Source of the DNA: a bacterium
GTDB taxonomy: Bacteria > Cyanobacteriota > Vampirovibrionia > Gastranaerophilales > JBAXKC01
Length of the DNA: 64,000 bases
Assembly: GCA_037137535.1 (NCBI GenBank)
Contig: JBAXKC010000001.1
Coordinates: 160,001-224,000, forward strand
Direction of reading: 5' to 3'
Part shown: in pieces, positions 8,656 to 19,129 of the stretch
How positions within the stretch are numbered: the stretch's first letter is position 1
Layout of the letters: each line of letters starts with the position of its first letter
Program-made: the position numbers and the translations under genes
The notes under the pieces: generated by a model
What the model was told of the DNA's origin: nothing
The model's database searches: none
The model's input: only the letters and a program-made list of their open reading frames with translations

Positions 8656-11340
8656 TTAGTGTAAAATAACTTTCCCTTTACCTTTTTCCTCAAGAACTGC
8701 ATGAGCCGCGGCTAAAATAGCAATAGGAACTCTAAAAGGAGAACAGCTTACATAGTTCAAACCTATACTATGGCAAAATCTTATGCTCATAGGTTCTCCG
8801 CCATGTTCGCCACAGATTCCAAGTTTTATATATGGTTTTTTAGAACGTCCTTTTTCTATGGCAATTTTCATTAGTTCGCCGACTCCTTCTTTGTCTAACG
8901 TTTCAAAAGGATTTTCGAGCAATATTTTCTTATCCACATAAGCACCGAGAAATTTAGCTTCAGCATCATCTCTGCTAAATCCAAAAGTCATTTGTGTAAG
9001 GTCATTTGTCCCAAAGCTGAAAAATTCAGCATATTCGGCAATTTGATCAGCAGTTATAGCCGCTCTTGGTATTTCAATCATAGTACCGAATTGGTAATCT
9101 AACTGAATATTTTTTTCATACATAACTTGTTTAGCCACCAGTTCTAATTGAGTTCTTGCAGCTTTTAGCTCGTTAGCATGCCCGACAAGCGGTATCATAA
9201 CTTCAGGATGAACATCTATTCCCTCAAGTTTAAGGTCACAAGCTGCTTCAAAGATAGCTCTCACCTGCATTTCATTTATTTCAGGATAAATAAGCCCTAA
9301 TCTACAGCCTCTAAGACCCATCATAGGATTAGATTCCTTAAGCTCCGAAATTTTATGAAGAAGCTGTTCTTTTTCATTAAGCAGTTCGGGATTATCCCCT
9401 TTAACTCTTAATGTAATAACTTCTGTCAAAATCTCTTCATAATTCGGTAAAAATTCATGCAAAGGTGGATCTAAAAGACGAATGGTAACGGGTTTATCCC
9501 TCATTGCCTTAAATATTCCTTTAAAATCGGTATATTGCATAGGAAGTAGTTTTTCAAGAGCTTCTTTTCTAGATTCAGGAGTTCCTGCAATAATCATTTG
9601 CTGAACAACAGGAAGTCTATCTTGAGCCATGAACATATGCTCTGTTCTGCAAAGGCCAACACCTTGAGCCCCATACAATAATGCTCTTGCTGCATCTTCA
9701 GGGGTGTCGGCATTAGCTCTAACTTCCAAACGCTTAACATCACCTGCCCAACGCAGAAGTCTAAGAAAATCATCGCCTAACTCAGGCTCAACTGTATTAA
9801 TAACACCTTCATAAACTTCGCCTAAAGCTCCATCAATAGAAACTATATCACCTTTATTAAAAGTTTTGCCTCCGGCAATAAGAGTTTCATTTGTCAAATC
9901 AACTTTTACTGATTCGCAGCCTGCCACACATGGTTTGCCCATTCCTCTAGCTACAACAGCAGCATGACTTGTCATTCCACCTCTTGTAGTAAGAACGCCC
10001 TGAGCTGTTATCATTCCATGTATGTCATCCGGACAAGTTTCTATCCTTGTAAGAATAATTTTTTCACCTTGTTTTGCACGTTCTTCTGCTTCATCGGGAT
10101 TAAAAACAATCACTCCAGTTGCAGCACCAGGTGAAGCGTTAAGACCTGTTGCAAGAAGTCGTCCTTCTTTTTTTGCAGCTTCTTTCGCCTTTAAATCAAA
10201 GCTTGGCAATAATAATTGAATAAGCTGTTCAGGATCAATAAGCTGTAATGCCCTTTCTTTAGTAATAATACCTTCTTTCTGAAGGTCAATGGCTATTCTT
10301 AACGCAGCTCTAGCCGTTCTTTTTCCTGCACGAGTCTGCAATACATATAACTTGCCACGTTCAATTGTAAACTCCATATCTTGAATATCTTGATAATGTC
10401 TTTCAAGCTTTTTAGCAATAGACACATATTGTTTGTACTGCTCGGGCATTTCTTTCGCAAGTTCTGTGATAGGTTTAGGCGTTCTAATCCCTGCAACAAC
10501 GTCTTCACCTTGAGCATTTACCAAATATTCACCATAGAATACATTTTCACCTGTTGAAGGATTTCTGGTAAAGGAAACGCCTGTTGCGGAATCATTTCCC
10601 ATATTTCCAAAAACCATAGCCTGAACATTAACAGCTGTTCCCAATCTATGATCAATTTTATAATGATTTCGATATGAGATAGCTCGTGGAATATTCCATG
10701 ATTTAAACACCGCTTCAATAGCAAGCTGTAGTTGCAATAAAGGATCTTGCGGAAAATCTTTTCCCGTTTCTTTCTGAATAATTTCTTTAAAAGCAAGAAC
10801 AACTTCTTTTAAAGCCTCTCTAACTAGCTCGGTATCTAAATTAACGCTATATTTTTGCTTTATTTCATCAAGTTTACAGTCAAATTTATCTTTATTAATA
10901 TGCAATACTACACAGCCAAACATTTGCAGAAAACGTCTATAACTGTCGTATGCAAATCTTTCATTATTTGTTTGAGCAATCAAGCCTTGAATCGTATTAT
11001 CATTTAAGCCTAAATTTAAAATTGTTTCCATCATGCCGGGCATACTTAATTTTGCCCCTGAACGAACAGAAATAAGCAGTGGATTTTTATAATCTCCAAA
11101 TACTTTTCCTGTTTCCTCTTCCACCTTTTGAAGAGCGGATTTTACATCGTCCATAATACCATAAGGCATTCTATTTGAATGGTTGATATAATCCATACAC
11201 GTTTGAGTTGTAATGGTAAAACCAGGAGGAACAGGCAGCCCTGCCCTTGTCATTTCAGCCAGATTTGCCCCCTTACCTCCAAGCAAATCTTTCATTTCCG
11301 CATTGCCTTCTCTGAATAAATAAACTCTTTGAAGTGCCAT
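8656..11340 (-). CDS. ppdK: Pyruvate, phosphate dikinase
   Basis: LGGKGANLAEM, SVRSGA, GGMTSHAAVVARG, GLCRTEHMF, SFGTNDLTQ, GICGEHGG. Confidence 0.98.
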   Translation of the reverse strand: MALQRVYLFREGNAEMKDLLGGKGANLAEMTRAGLPVPPGFTITTQTCMDYINHSNRMPYGIMDDVKSALQKVEEETGKVFGDYKNPLLISVRSGAKLSMPGMMETILNLGLNDNTIQGLIAQTNNERFAYDSYRRFLQMFGCVVLHINKDKFDCKLDEIKQKYSVNLDTELVREALKEVVLAFKEIIQKETGKDFPQDPLLQLQLAIEAVFKSWNIPRAISYRNHYKIDHRLGTAVNVQAMVFGNMGNDSATGVSFTRNPSTGENVFYGEYLVNAQGEDVVAGIRTPKPITELAKEMPEQYKQYVSIAKKLERHYQDIQDMEFTIERGKLYVLQTRAGKRTARAALRIAIDLQKEGIITKERALQLIDPEQLIQLLLPSFDLKAKEAAKKEGRLLATGLNASPGAATGVIVFNPDEAEERAKQGEKIILTRIETCPDDIHGMITAQGVLTTRGGMTSHAAVVARGMGKPCVAGCESVKVDLTNETLIAGGKTFNKGDIVSIDGALGEVYEGVINTVEPELGDDFLRLLRWAGDVKRLEVRANADTPEDAARALLYGAQGVGLCRTEHMFMAQDRLPVVQQMIIAGTPESRKEALEKLLPMQYTDFKGIFKAMRDKPVTIRLLDPPLHEFLPNYEEILTEVITLRVKGDNPELLNEKEQLLHKISELKESNPMMGLRGCRLGLIYPEINEMQVRAIFEAACDLKLEGIDVHPEVMIPLVGHANELKAARTQLELVAKQVMYEKNIQLDYQFGTMIEIPRAAITADQIAEYAEFFSFGTNDLTQMTFGFSRDDAEAKFLGAYVDKKILLENPFETLDKEGVGELMKIAIEKGRSKKPYIKLGICGEHGGEPMSIRFCHSIGLNYVSCSPFRVPIAILAAAHAVLEEKGKGKVILH

Positions 11341-11445
11341 AATCTAAAACTCCCTAAAATAAAATATTTCAATAATTTATACCACTATCGCAGTATAAAT
11401 TTATTCATCTTAGGACTAAAACATATAGACTAATATCCCCTATGC

Positions 11446-12084
11446 CTATTGAGCGAGTCTTTTTTTCAAATCTTTTAATTTCTGCATTTCAGAAGAAGAC
11501 AGCTCATTTGCATTACCTAAAACCTTTGTCCATAAGACGGTTTCAGCAAACATTTCAAGTGTTTCTACTACATAATAAGCATCTAATAAGTTTTTATTAC
11601 CTATAACAACTCCATGATTGGCCATTAAGACAACATCATTTTCTAAGAATTTTTCAGAAACAAAATCCGCTAACTCTTGTGATGATGGCATAGCATAACT
11701 TGCCACAGGAATAGAGCCAAGTGAAAGAACTCCTTCAGCAAGTACAGGCATATTCAAAGCCCTCCCTGCAATAGCAAAAGCCGTTGACTTAGGACAATGG
11801 GCATGAATTATACAACTTAGATCAGGTCGTTTTCTGTAAATTTCTAAATGCATATTTCTTTCAGAAGAAGGGGGCTTTCCACCTTCAAATTCGCCTGTTT
11901 CTATATTGATAATTGGAATTAAAGACGGTGTAACATCCCCAAGATTATATCCAGATGGAGTTATAAGCATATAATCATCTATTTGCACAGAAATATTACC
12001 TGATTTACCTGGGACAAATCCCTTATCATAAAGCCTTTTACCTATTTCACATATTTGCTGCTTTATAACTTCAAAATCTTTCAT
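11446..12084 (-). CDS. Class II aldolase/adducin family protein
   Basis: SGNIS, ITPSG, PSSERNMH, IIHAHCP, LMANHG. Confidence 0.92.
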   Translation of the reverse strand: MKDFEVIKQQICEIGKRLYDKGFVPGKSGNISVQIDDYMLITPSGYNLGDVTPSLIPIINIETGEFEGGKPPSSERNMHLEIYRKRPDLSCIIHAHCPKSTAFAIAGRALNMPVLAEGVLSLGSIPVASYAMPSSQELADFVSEKFLENDVVLMANHGVVIGNKNLLDAYYVVETLEMFAETVLWTKVLGNANELSSSEMQKLKDLKKRLAQ

Positions 12085-12166
12085 ATTTCCCCTGCTATAT
12101 TTTTTAAAACAATAACAATATTTTATACAAAAACATTCTTAGAGATAAGGGTAATTTAAACTATTT

Positions 12167-13045
12167 TCATTTAATCTTTAAAAACGGACTAATTTTTCCG
12201 TCTAAAATTCCTATGTTTATAACTTTTTTGTCTTTAGAAGCCGTAACAATTACATTATTATAAATATAAAAATCATATTTCTGTTTTTTCTCTACAGAAA
12301 ATTGCTGACCTTTCAAAGCTATAATGTTATCAGAGCGAACACTTGTGAAAGGAGTAATCCCTGCCCAACTTAACAGCCCTCCACTAAATTTAAGATAAAG
12401 CTGTTTTACAGATGGAGTCAAAATCAAGTTTCCACTTATTCTATACTCAGAATTATTCAATTGAGAAGAATAAGGCTCAATAGCAGGATATAAAAGCCTA
12501 AAATCACTTTCAACAGTTTTTCCTACCTCAATATTTTCGGGATTAATCCTAACATTATCAGATTTTAAAAAAGTTGCTTTGTTTTTTAACGACTGGTAAG
12601 GCAAACCAAATAAATTCAGATTAACAAAATATTCCTCTCCTTTAGGAGCTGAAAAACTGAAATTCCCGTACTCATAATAATCAAAATCTCTGCTATATTG
12701 AGTATTTATACCGTTAGGATTACCATAAAGCCTAATCATATCTGCTTTTGATATATTATTAAGAAAGTCAAATTCAATCCAGTCCATTTTATTATTTACA
12801 AAACCGACTCTTATTTTTTGAAACTCACTTTCACCACTTGTATTAAAAACAATATTTTGTCCTGATGGAGGAGGTGCTTTGAATTTTGTTAATAATTCAA
12901 ACTCCTTTACAGTAGTTTTTCCAAAATTAATTTTTTCTAATCTATATTTTTCTAATTCATAAAGTTGCGGAACATTATCAGGAAATTTACATCCCAAAAT
13001 TAAAACTAGGAGGAAGAAAAAAGGCAAAAACCTATATTTTTTCAT
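12167..13045 (-). CDS. Putative lipoprotein with two-fold internal repeat
   Basis: MKKYR-hydrophobic-LILGC lipobox; KINFGKTT..F...MDWI vs NIEVGKTV..F...LSWA. Confidence 0.7.
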   Translation of the reverse strand: MKKYRFLPFFFLLVLILGCKFPDNVPQLYELEKYRLEKINFGKTTVKEFELLTKFKAPPPSGQNIVFNTSGESEFQKIRVGFVNNKMDWIEFDFLNNISKADMIRLYGNPNGINTQYSRDFDYYEYGNFSFSAPKGEEYFVNLNLFGLPYQSLKNKATFLKSDNVRINPENIEVGKTVESDFRLLYPAIEPYSSQLNNSEYRISGNLILTPSVKQLYLKFSGGLLSWAGITPFTSVRSDNIIALKGQQFSVEKKQKYDFYIYNNVIVTASKDKKVINIGILDGKISPFLKIK

Positions 13046-14070
13046 TGTTTATTTTTCCTCGATACTAAATCCGCAAACGCTTCGATTCTTGTTTTTATCA
13101 TTTCATCATTATCATGAACATCTGTTATTATCTGTAAAAATGGAATATCAAAATAATTCAATACATTTAAAACCTGTAATTTAACAGCATCATTAGGATT
13201 ACAACCAAAGGGAGAAATGAAAACAACTCCATCATATCGCATTCTTACATACTTTTCTAACTTTTTTAACTCATAATCAGTATAAACACCATAATTATTA
13301 TGAAAATACTCTTTCAAACTAAATGAATTTTTGCTTTTTCTTTTTATATATTTATTTTTTAACCACTTATCAACATATATGCCACAATACCCAAGTTTTT
13401 TATCTATATCTCTTATAGCAAAACTTTCCATTAACGAATAAGTATCGCCCATTATACCTATTAAAGCAGACGAATTCTCTTTTAATAACAATTTTTCTTT
13501 TTGAAATTCTTTTGAGAGATTTACACGTTCAAATGAAATTATTTTATTTTTTAATTCTGAATATTTCTGTTCTAATTCATACTTATTTTTTGCAGTTGCT
13601 CTTAACATACAAAACAATCGGTCTAAATCTTCCAACTGTTTAAGAACCTTAAAGCCTTTTATCATAGACTTAATTATACTTAGAGAATTAATCGAAGTTA
13701 TGACTTTTAATAAATTATACCAATCACGCAAAAAATTAATTTTATTTTTTATATCAATTGAAAAAGTAGTAGGATACCAATCAAAATCTTTAAATACATC
13801 AAGAAAAACATCTTTTGAAGGAGTTAATGAACATAAATCACAGCCTGAATAAAAAACAGCATAATCCGGTTTAATAGGTGCGACTGATAAAAAATCACCT
13901 AAAATCAACTTCAACGGAAAACATAATTCAGATTTTAAATTATTTTCCCCAAGTTTTGAATTTATAACATTTAGAGGCTGAACAATCTCCGCATCAAACC
14001 CCAAAAGTTTAAATGAAGCAGAAATAGCATAAGACACAGACCCTAAATTGGCTAAAGCGATTTTTTTCAT
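13042..14070 (-). CDS. Acyl-CoA dehydratase/activase-associated protein (2-hydroxyacyl-CoA dehydratase D / DUF2229-like)
   Basis: ELCFPLKLILGD, IGIMGDTY, YDGVVFISPFGC, KTRIEAFADL. Confidence 0.7.
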   Translation of the reverse strand: MKKIALANLGSVSYAISASFKLLGFDAEIVQPLNVINSKLGENNLKSELCFPLKLILGDFLSVAPIKPDYAVFYSGCDLCSLTPSKDVFLDVFKDFDWYPTTFSIDIKNKINFLRDWYNLLKVITSINSLSIIKSMIKGFKVLKQLEDLDRLFCMLRATAKNKYELEQKYSELKNKIISFERVNLSKEFQKEKLLLKENSSALIGIMGDTYSLMESFAIRDIDKKLGYCGIYVDKWLKNKYIKRKSKNSFSLKEYFHNNYGVYTDYELKKLEKYVRMRYDGVVFISPFGCNPNDAVKLQVLNVLNYFDIPFLQIITDVHDNDEMIKTRIEAFADLVSRKNKQ

Positions 14071-14244
14071 AGTAATTCCAAATATTCAGATACTTAATCA
14101 ATAACAAAAATAAAGCCCACGAACAAGTCGAAGGCTATAAAAGCGAGTAGCAAGTAGATTTAGAAGAGTTGAGGATTTACCCTTTAATCATATTTGTTTT
14201 TGGCTTAAATTTTATTCGCTTTTAGCAGTATTTTTAATGCAGTA

Positions 14245-14292
14245 ATAAAAGGTAATTTTATTTAATTATATTTAGTAAAAATTACCTTTTAT
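14245..14292. repeat. 15-bp inverted repeat (hairpin)
   Basis: ATAAAAGGTAATTTT...AAAATTACCTTTTAT. Confidence 0.55.
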
Positions 14293-14538
14293 ATCAATCA
14301 AACTAAAGACTTTATCGACTGATTTTTACTTTTCCAAAAAATTAAAAATCAGCAAATTCTTTAGAAAAGAAGCAAATCGCTCTTGTGGCTTATTCTATTC
14401 CTTCAGGTTTAGTCCAATTACTTTCTAGTTTTTTTACATTTAGTTTAAAGCTAGTGCTAGATACAGCTGTCTCACTCATTTATTTTTTCTCCTATTTATA
14501 AACAACCTTGATTTTTCATAATTAATATAATTTTTTAA

Positions 14539-15135
14539 TTACTGATTAATGTGGTTTTCAATTATTAATTTAATTTTTTCTAAATCTTTTATTCCAGAAA
14601 AGATCTTTTTATTAGAGCCATCTTTAAAAGTCAAATAAATCAGATGTGCACTACCATAAACTTTTTTTGGCAATTCAATAGTTTTAATATCTGTATATGG
14701 TGTTACTAATATGTTTTTTTGTGTTTTAAAGAATTTAAAAGGAAAGCAAAATATTATTTTTTTATTGGTTAGAACTGTTTTAAGACAGCCTAAAAACAAG
14801 AAAAAAATTAAAGAAAGGAAGCTTACAACAACGAAAAAATACAAATTTTGTCGGTTTACAATATCAACTTCATTGATTCCTTTATAAATAAAAAAAGGTA
14901 GATTATATACACCAACATAACCACCAAACGATAATGGAGCCAAAAAGTTAAATAACCAACTAAACTTAGGTTCAAATATTATTACTTCATCTTGTTCTAA
15001 AGAATTATTAATTATTTGCAAAGCTTTTTTTCTACAAAAATGACTGTATAGATGATAAAGGAGGCAAAAAGTTATCGCAGAATAGAACCCTAATATATTT
15101 GGAATATTAATCACAGTTGATAATGTTTTAGGCAT
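14539..15135 (-). CDS. Hypothetical membrane protein with C-terminal bacterial PH-like domain
   Basis: Three hydrophobic segments then VLTNKKII...PYTDIKTIE...LTFKDG. Confidence 0.65.
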   Translation of the reverse strand: MPKTLSTVINIPNILGFYSAITFCLLYHLYSHFCRKKALQIINNSLEQDEVIIFEPKFSWLFNFLAPLSFGGYVGVYNLPFFIYKGINEVDIVNRQNLYFFVVVSFLSLIFFLFLGCLKTVLTNKKIIFCFPFKFFKTQKNILVTPYTDIKTIELPKKVYGSAHLIYLTFKDGSNKKIFSGIKDLEKIKLIIENHINQ

Positions 15136-15509
15136 TTATTTATTTCCTTTATTCATATAAAACTTACCTTTCAAATTAAAACATCACCATAATAATAATA
15201 TTGACTTAATTGTAGCTAATATTTATAAAATAATGACTTTTATAATAAAAACCGATGATAGCTTTAAAAGAGTAATGATTCTGCGCATTTTGTCATAGCT
15301 TGTTTGAAATTACAAATGCGATTTAATGGAGAAATTAAGTATTATAGATACTTGTAGCTTTTATTAAAGGTGTAGGATTTCAGTTTAAGTTAATTTCTAT
15401 ATTTTGACCAAGACTTCATGATACAGCGACCAGAATTGAGTGATAGTTTACAACTCTGCTAATGTGCTTTAAAACTTCAATTATCAAAATATAAGTTGAA
15501 TTAATCTAT

Positions 15510-15554
15510 AAAAAAACTCCGCCAACCTTAAAATAAGGAATTGGCGAAGTTTTT
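15510..15554 (-). terminator. Terminator-like hairpin after phosphoglucomutase
   Basis: AAAAACTCCGCCAA...TTGGCGAAGTTTTT. Confidence 0.65.
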
Positions 15555-15568
15555 CAAGTTTTTTAAAA

Positions 15569-16996
15569 CTATAAAGAATTTACGTCTTGTTTAATACTGT
15601 TTACAAGTTTTTCAAGTTTTTCTTGTGAATCAGTTTCAAAGTAGATTCTTAAAAGTGGTTCTGTTCCGCTTGCACGAACTAAAATCCAGCTTTCGCCATC
15701 TTCCATAATAAACTTAACACCATCAAGTCTGTTAATGCTTTTTACTTTAATTCCGCCAACTTCTGAAGGTGGATTTTCTTTAAACATCTTCATAGCAGCT
15801 TCTTTTGTTTCTTCTGTTAAGTGAAGATCAATTCTATGGTTAATATAATGAGTTCCGATTTCGTTTTTTAAATCTTCAACAAGCTGTGAAAGCGGTTTAC
15901 CTTCATAAGCAACGGCTTCAAGGATTGAAAGATTAGCAAGAATACCGTCTTTTTCGGGAATATGTCCCCAAATGCTTAATCCGCCTGACTCTTCTCCGCC
16001 AACAATTACGTCTTCATTTCTCATTATTTGACCGACATATTTAAAGCCCACAGCTGTTTCATGAACTTTAATATCTCCATTCATTTTAGCAATTTTATCA
16101 ATCATTTGGCTTGTAGCAACTGTTTTTACAACAGAACCTTTTCTGCCTTTATTTTTGATAAGGTGCTTAAAGAGAATTGCAATAACTTCGTTAGGTGTAA
16201 CATATTTCCCTTTATCGTCAACAACACCAAATCTGTCAGCATCACCATCAGTTGAAAAACCAATAGAATCTTTATTTGCTTTAATTAATTCAATTAATTC
16301 ACCCAAAAACTCTTCTTTAGGCTCAGGCATACCGCCACCATAAAGAGGATCAACCCAGTTTTTAATTGTTGTTACATCAAAACCGTGTTCTTTTAAAATC
16401 CCGTCAAAATAGCCTCTTCCTGTTGAGAATAAAGGATCATAGAATACTTTAATGCCTGAAGATTTAATTTTATCAAAGTCAATAAGAGTATTTATCCATT
16501 TAAAATATTCAGGTTTTGGATCAAACTTTTCAGTTGTTCCTTTTTTCTCTGTAACAGCAATAACGCTCTCGTCATCTGCCTGAAGTTTTGCTACGTTTTC
16601 AACAATAACATCAGTAATATCAGGAGTTGCAGGACCTGCATAATCAGGAATATATTTAATTCCGCAATATTCAGGAGGATTATGACTAGCTGTAAACATT
16701 AAAGCACCTGCTGAATTTAAGTTTTTAGCAGCAAATGCAACAACAGGAGTAGGTGCATCCATTGATGTAAGTAAAACGTTAAATCCATGATTATTTAATA
16801 CGTCAGCAGCTCTTTGAGCAAATTTATCCGCTAAGAATCTTGTATCATAGCCAATAATAACAGGCTTAGATGAATCATACGCAGTTTTTATATAAGCAGC
16901 GATAGCTTTTGTAACGAGTTCCACATTGTCAAATGTAAACTGATCAGCAATAATTGCTCTCCAACCATCTGTTCCAAATTTGATCGGTTTTACCAT
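15569..16996 (-). CDS. Phosphoglucomutase/phosphomannomutase family protein
   Basis: FGTDGWR, TASHNP, DGDADRF, GGEESGG, RASGTEPLLRIY. Confidence 0.96.
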   Translation of the reverse strand: MVKPIKFGTDGWRAIIADQFTFDNVELVTKAIAAYIKTAYDSSKPVIIGYDTRFLADKFAQRAADVLNNHGFNVLLTSMDAPTPVVAFAAKNLNSAGALMFTASHNPPEYCGIKYIPDYAGPATPDITDVIVENVAKLQADDESVIAVTEKKGTTEKFDPKPEYFKWINTLIDFDKIKSSGIKVFYDPLFSTGRGYFDGILKEHGFDVTTIKNWVDPLYGGGMPEPKEEFLGELIELIKANKDSIGFSTDGDADRFGVVDDKGKYVTPNEVIAILFKHLIKNKGRKGSVVKTVATSQMIDKIAKMNGDIKVHETAVGFKYVGQIMRNEDVIVGGEESGGLSIWGHIPEKDGILANLSILEAVAYEGKPLSQLVEDLKNEIGTHYINHRIDLHLTEETKEAAMKMFKENPPSEVGGIKVKSINRLDGVKFIMEDGESWILVRASGTEPLLRIYFETDSQEKLEKLVNSIKQDVNSL

Positions 16997-17055
16997 TTTT
17001 GTCCCTCACTTATAAATTTTATTTTATATAACATAGAAAATAATACTAAATAAAT

Positions 17056-17089
17056 ATCCCGTTACAACCTATAAAAGGTTTAACGGGAT
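17056..17089 (-). terminator. Hairpin after the 529-aa gene
   Basis: ATCCCGTTA...TAACGGGAT. Confidence 0.6.
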
Positions 17090-17098
17090 GTCTATAAT

Positions 17099-18688
17099 TT
17101 ATAAGAAAGCTTGAAGTTTTTTCTTTGGCTCGGCTTGTGAAGTAGTGGAATTACAATCTGCATAAGCCTTTAAGCCTGGAGATACACTTGTACCTGTTCT
17201 GTGTTCCCTGAAAATATATTGCAATTTAGGTAATAAATAACCTAGGGAAATACTACATAATGCCATATTTAAAATCGTCATTCCGCCTTTTAATACTTTT
17301 GTCTTAGTAATAAGTGAATCGAGTGCTTTTTCTTCATTAATAGCCTTTCCAGCCTTATTTATAAAGTTACCGACATGATCATATAGATTTTTTAATTCAC
17401 TAACTTCAATAAACTTAGACGGATTTAAAATATGTTTTCCATCTTGCTCTATTACTTCAATAATTCCCATTTTCTGAGCGGTTTTTAGTAATTCATCAGT
17501 AAATTCACCTGTTTTATTATTTAAATTGCCTGTAATAAATTTAATAACTTTTTCTTCATTAAATTTATTGTCTTTATTCGCATTTGCAAATATTTCCACA
17601 GGCTTAAAGTTTTTAAATAAAGCCTTATTATTATCAAGAGCTTTAAAGTCAAGATTAATAGGTAGGTTTATTTTATCTGCAATCGTTGCTAATCCGTCTT
17701 TAATTATTTTTGAAGCAAAGAAGAAAAAGAAAATAATTCCGCCTTCTCTTAAAGCTATTTCAGCTCTTTCATCATTATTTCTTGCATTTAAAACTCTACT
17801 TCCTGAAATTGCAAAATCAACAGCAATCATATTTCCGACAGGATCAATCTGAGCAGAAGCTGCCTGATTTGCTAACTTGTCTATGATTCCGCCAAAAGCA
17901 ACCTGTTTTTTAGAATGTTTTTCCAGTATTGCCGTAAAGGTAGTATTTTTTGCAGGAACTGAAAGTGCCATGCCTTGCTGTAAAGATTGACCTGCAAGAT
18001 TTGGATAATTTGATTTTGTAGAGGGCTCTTTACTTCTTTTTTCTTCAATAAGTTTTTTAGTTAATCCTTGATTAAACTTAGGAAGAGCATAAGCAAGAAA
18101 AGCAAAAGGAACTAAAGTTGAAACAACTAACTTTGCAATATTATAACTCTTATACTTTGATTTATTAAGAACACCAAGTCCTGCTTTAAGAATTTCTTCT
18201 TCTGAAGCATTTTTATTTTTAAGAATGGTTTTTCCTAATTCTATAAATTTATTTTTATTGTCGCCTAAGCCCGCCACAAGTTTTCCATAAGCGTTTTCAT
18301 CTTTAAGATAAGCACTTATTAAATCCTGGTTGATTCCGTGTGAAAAGCATTGAACGCCTTCACTATTTATTTTTTTAAGTGATATATGCGGATTTATATC
18401 CTTGAAAGCCGGTATTAATGATGAAACTTTATCAAAAGCCCATCTACAAGCAGGGATACCGCCAAGCCAGACTACTGAAGTCCCGACTTCTTCTATAAAT
18501 CTTTCTCTTGCCTCATGAACTCCACTTTCTTTGGAGTGTTTGCTTCCCTCATTGTATGCCATAGTAGTTCTGCCGCATACATCAACCATATCTTTGGCTC
18601 CAACCAGCCATAGAGAAGAAGGATTGTCCAGATTGGACATAATAGGCGTAATGACTCTGCCTACTGTTGGAAGTGTTAAATTAATCAT
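17099..18688 (-). CDS. Hypothetical membrane-associated protein with two homologous halves
   Basis: 529-aa ORF, RBS GGAGGGAG; hydrophobic segments; internal duplication (see findings). Confidence 0.8.
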   Translation of the reverse strand: MINLTLPTVGRVITPIMSNLDNPSSLWLVGAKDMVDVCGRTTMAYNEGSKHSKESGVHEARERFIEEVGTSVVWLGGIPACRWAFDKVSSLIPAFKDINPHISLKKINSEGVQCFSHGINQDLISAYLKDENAYGKLVAGLGDNKNKFIELGKTILKNKNASEEEILKAGLGVLNKSKYKSYNIAKLVVSTLVPFAFLAYALPKFNQGLTKKLIEEKRSKEPSTKSNYPNLAGQSLQQGMALSVPAKNTTFTAILEKHSKKQVAFGGIIDKLANQAASAQIDPVGNMIAVDFAISGSRVLNARNNDERAEIALREGGIIFFFFFASKIIKDGLATIADKINLPINLDFKALDNNKALFKNFKPVEIFANANKDNKFNEEKVIKFITGNLNNKTGEFTDELLKTAQKMGIIEVIEQDGKHILNPSKFIEVSELKNLYDHVGNFINKAGKAINEEKALDSLITKTKVLKGGMTILNMALCSISLGYLLPKLQYIFREHRTGTSVSPGLKAYADCNSTTSQAEPKKKLQAFL

Positions 18689-18709
18689 TGATTAGTTCTC
18701 CCTCCAACC

Positions 18710-18796
18710 CTATAATCCCCATAGGAGTGACATCCAATCGACTCTTTTGAGCCAATTGGTACTCCTATTAATTCTAAATAAACTTTCGGTATGCAT
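18710..18796 (-). CDS. Unannotated 28-aa Trp-rich small protein or leader peptide MHTESLFRINRSTNWLKRVDWMSLLWGL
   Basis: Manual translation; GGAG 6 nt before ATG; paralog at 19130-19213 with synonymous codon differences. Confidence 0.75.
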   Translation of the reverse strand: MHTESLFRINRSTNWLKRVDWMSLLWGL

Positions 18797-18891
18797 CGTG
18801 ATCTCCATATATATTAAAAAACATTTTCTTCTTGATTTTTGCTTAATTATTGTTCAAATGTTAATAAATAGAACAAAAATTTAACTTTGAT

Positions 18892-19119
18892 TCATGTAAC
18901 ATCAATAAAAACATGAATACATCGCTTTTTTATCCTAAAAAAATCAATAAAATCAGCAATAATGCACGAAATTATATTTATTTGACTCATATAATGATTA
19001 ATTTTTAATAAATCTTGCTGTTTATCTTTCAAAGAGGTTAAGTTATCTCTCTTTTTTTCAGATAAAAGAGGTTTATTAAATATTAAACTGTCATAGTGTC
19101 TTAACAAATTCATCACCAT
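18892..19119 (-). CDS. Hypothetical 73-75 aa protein
   Basis: AGGAG immediately upstream (true start perhaps ATG 19113); follows the second small ORF. Confidence 0.5.
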   Translation of the reverse strand: MVMNLLRHYDSLIFNKPLLSEKKRDNLTSLKDKQQDLLKINHYMSQINIISCIIADFIDFFRIKKRCIHVFIDVT

Positions 19120-19129
19120 TACTCCTAAA

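Noticed and set aside
15140-15500. Long intergenic stretch as pseudogene or ncRNA
   Set aside because: No sustained reading frame or convincing structure found by eye.
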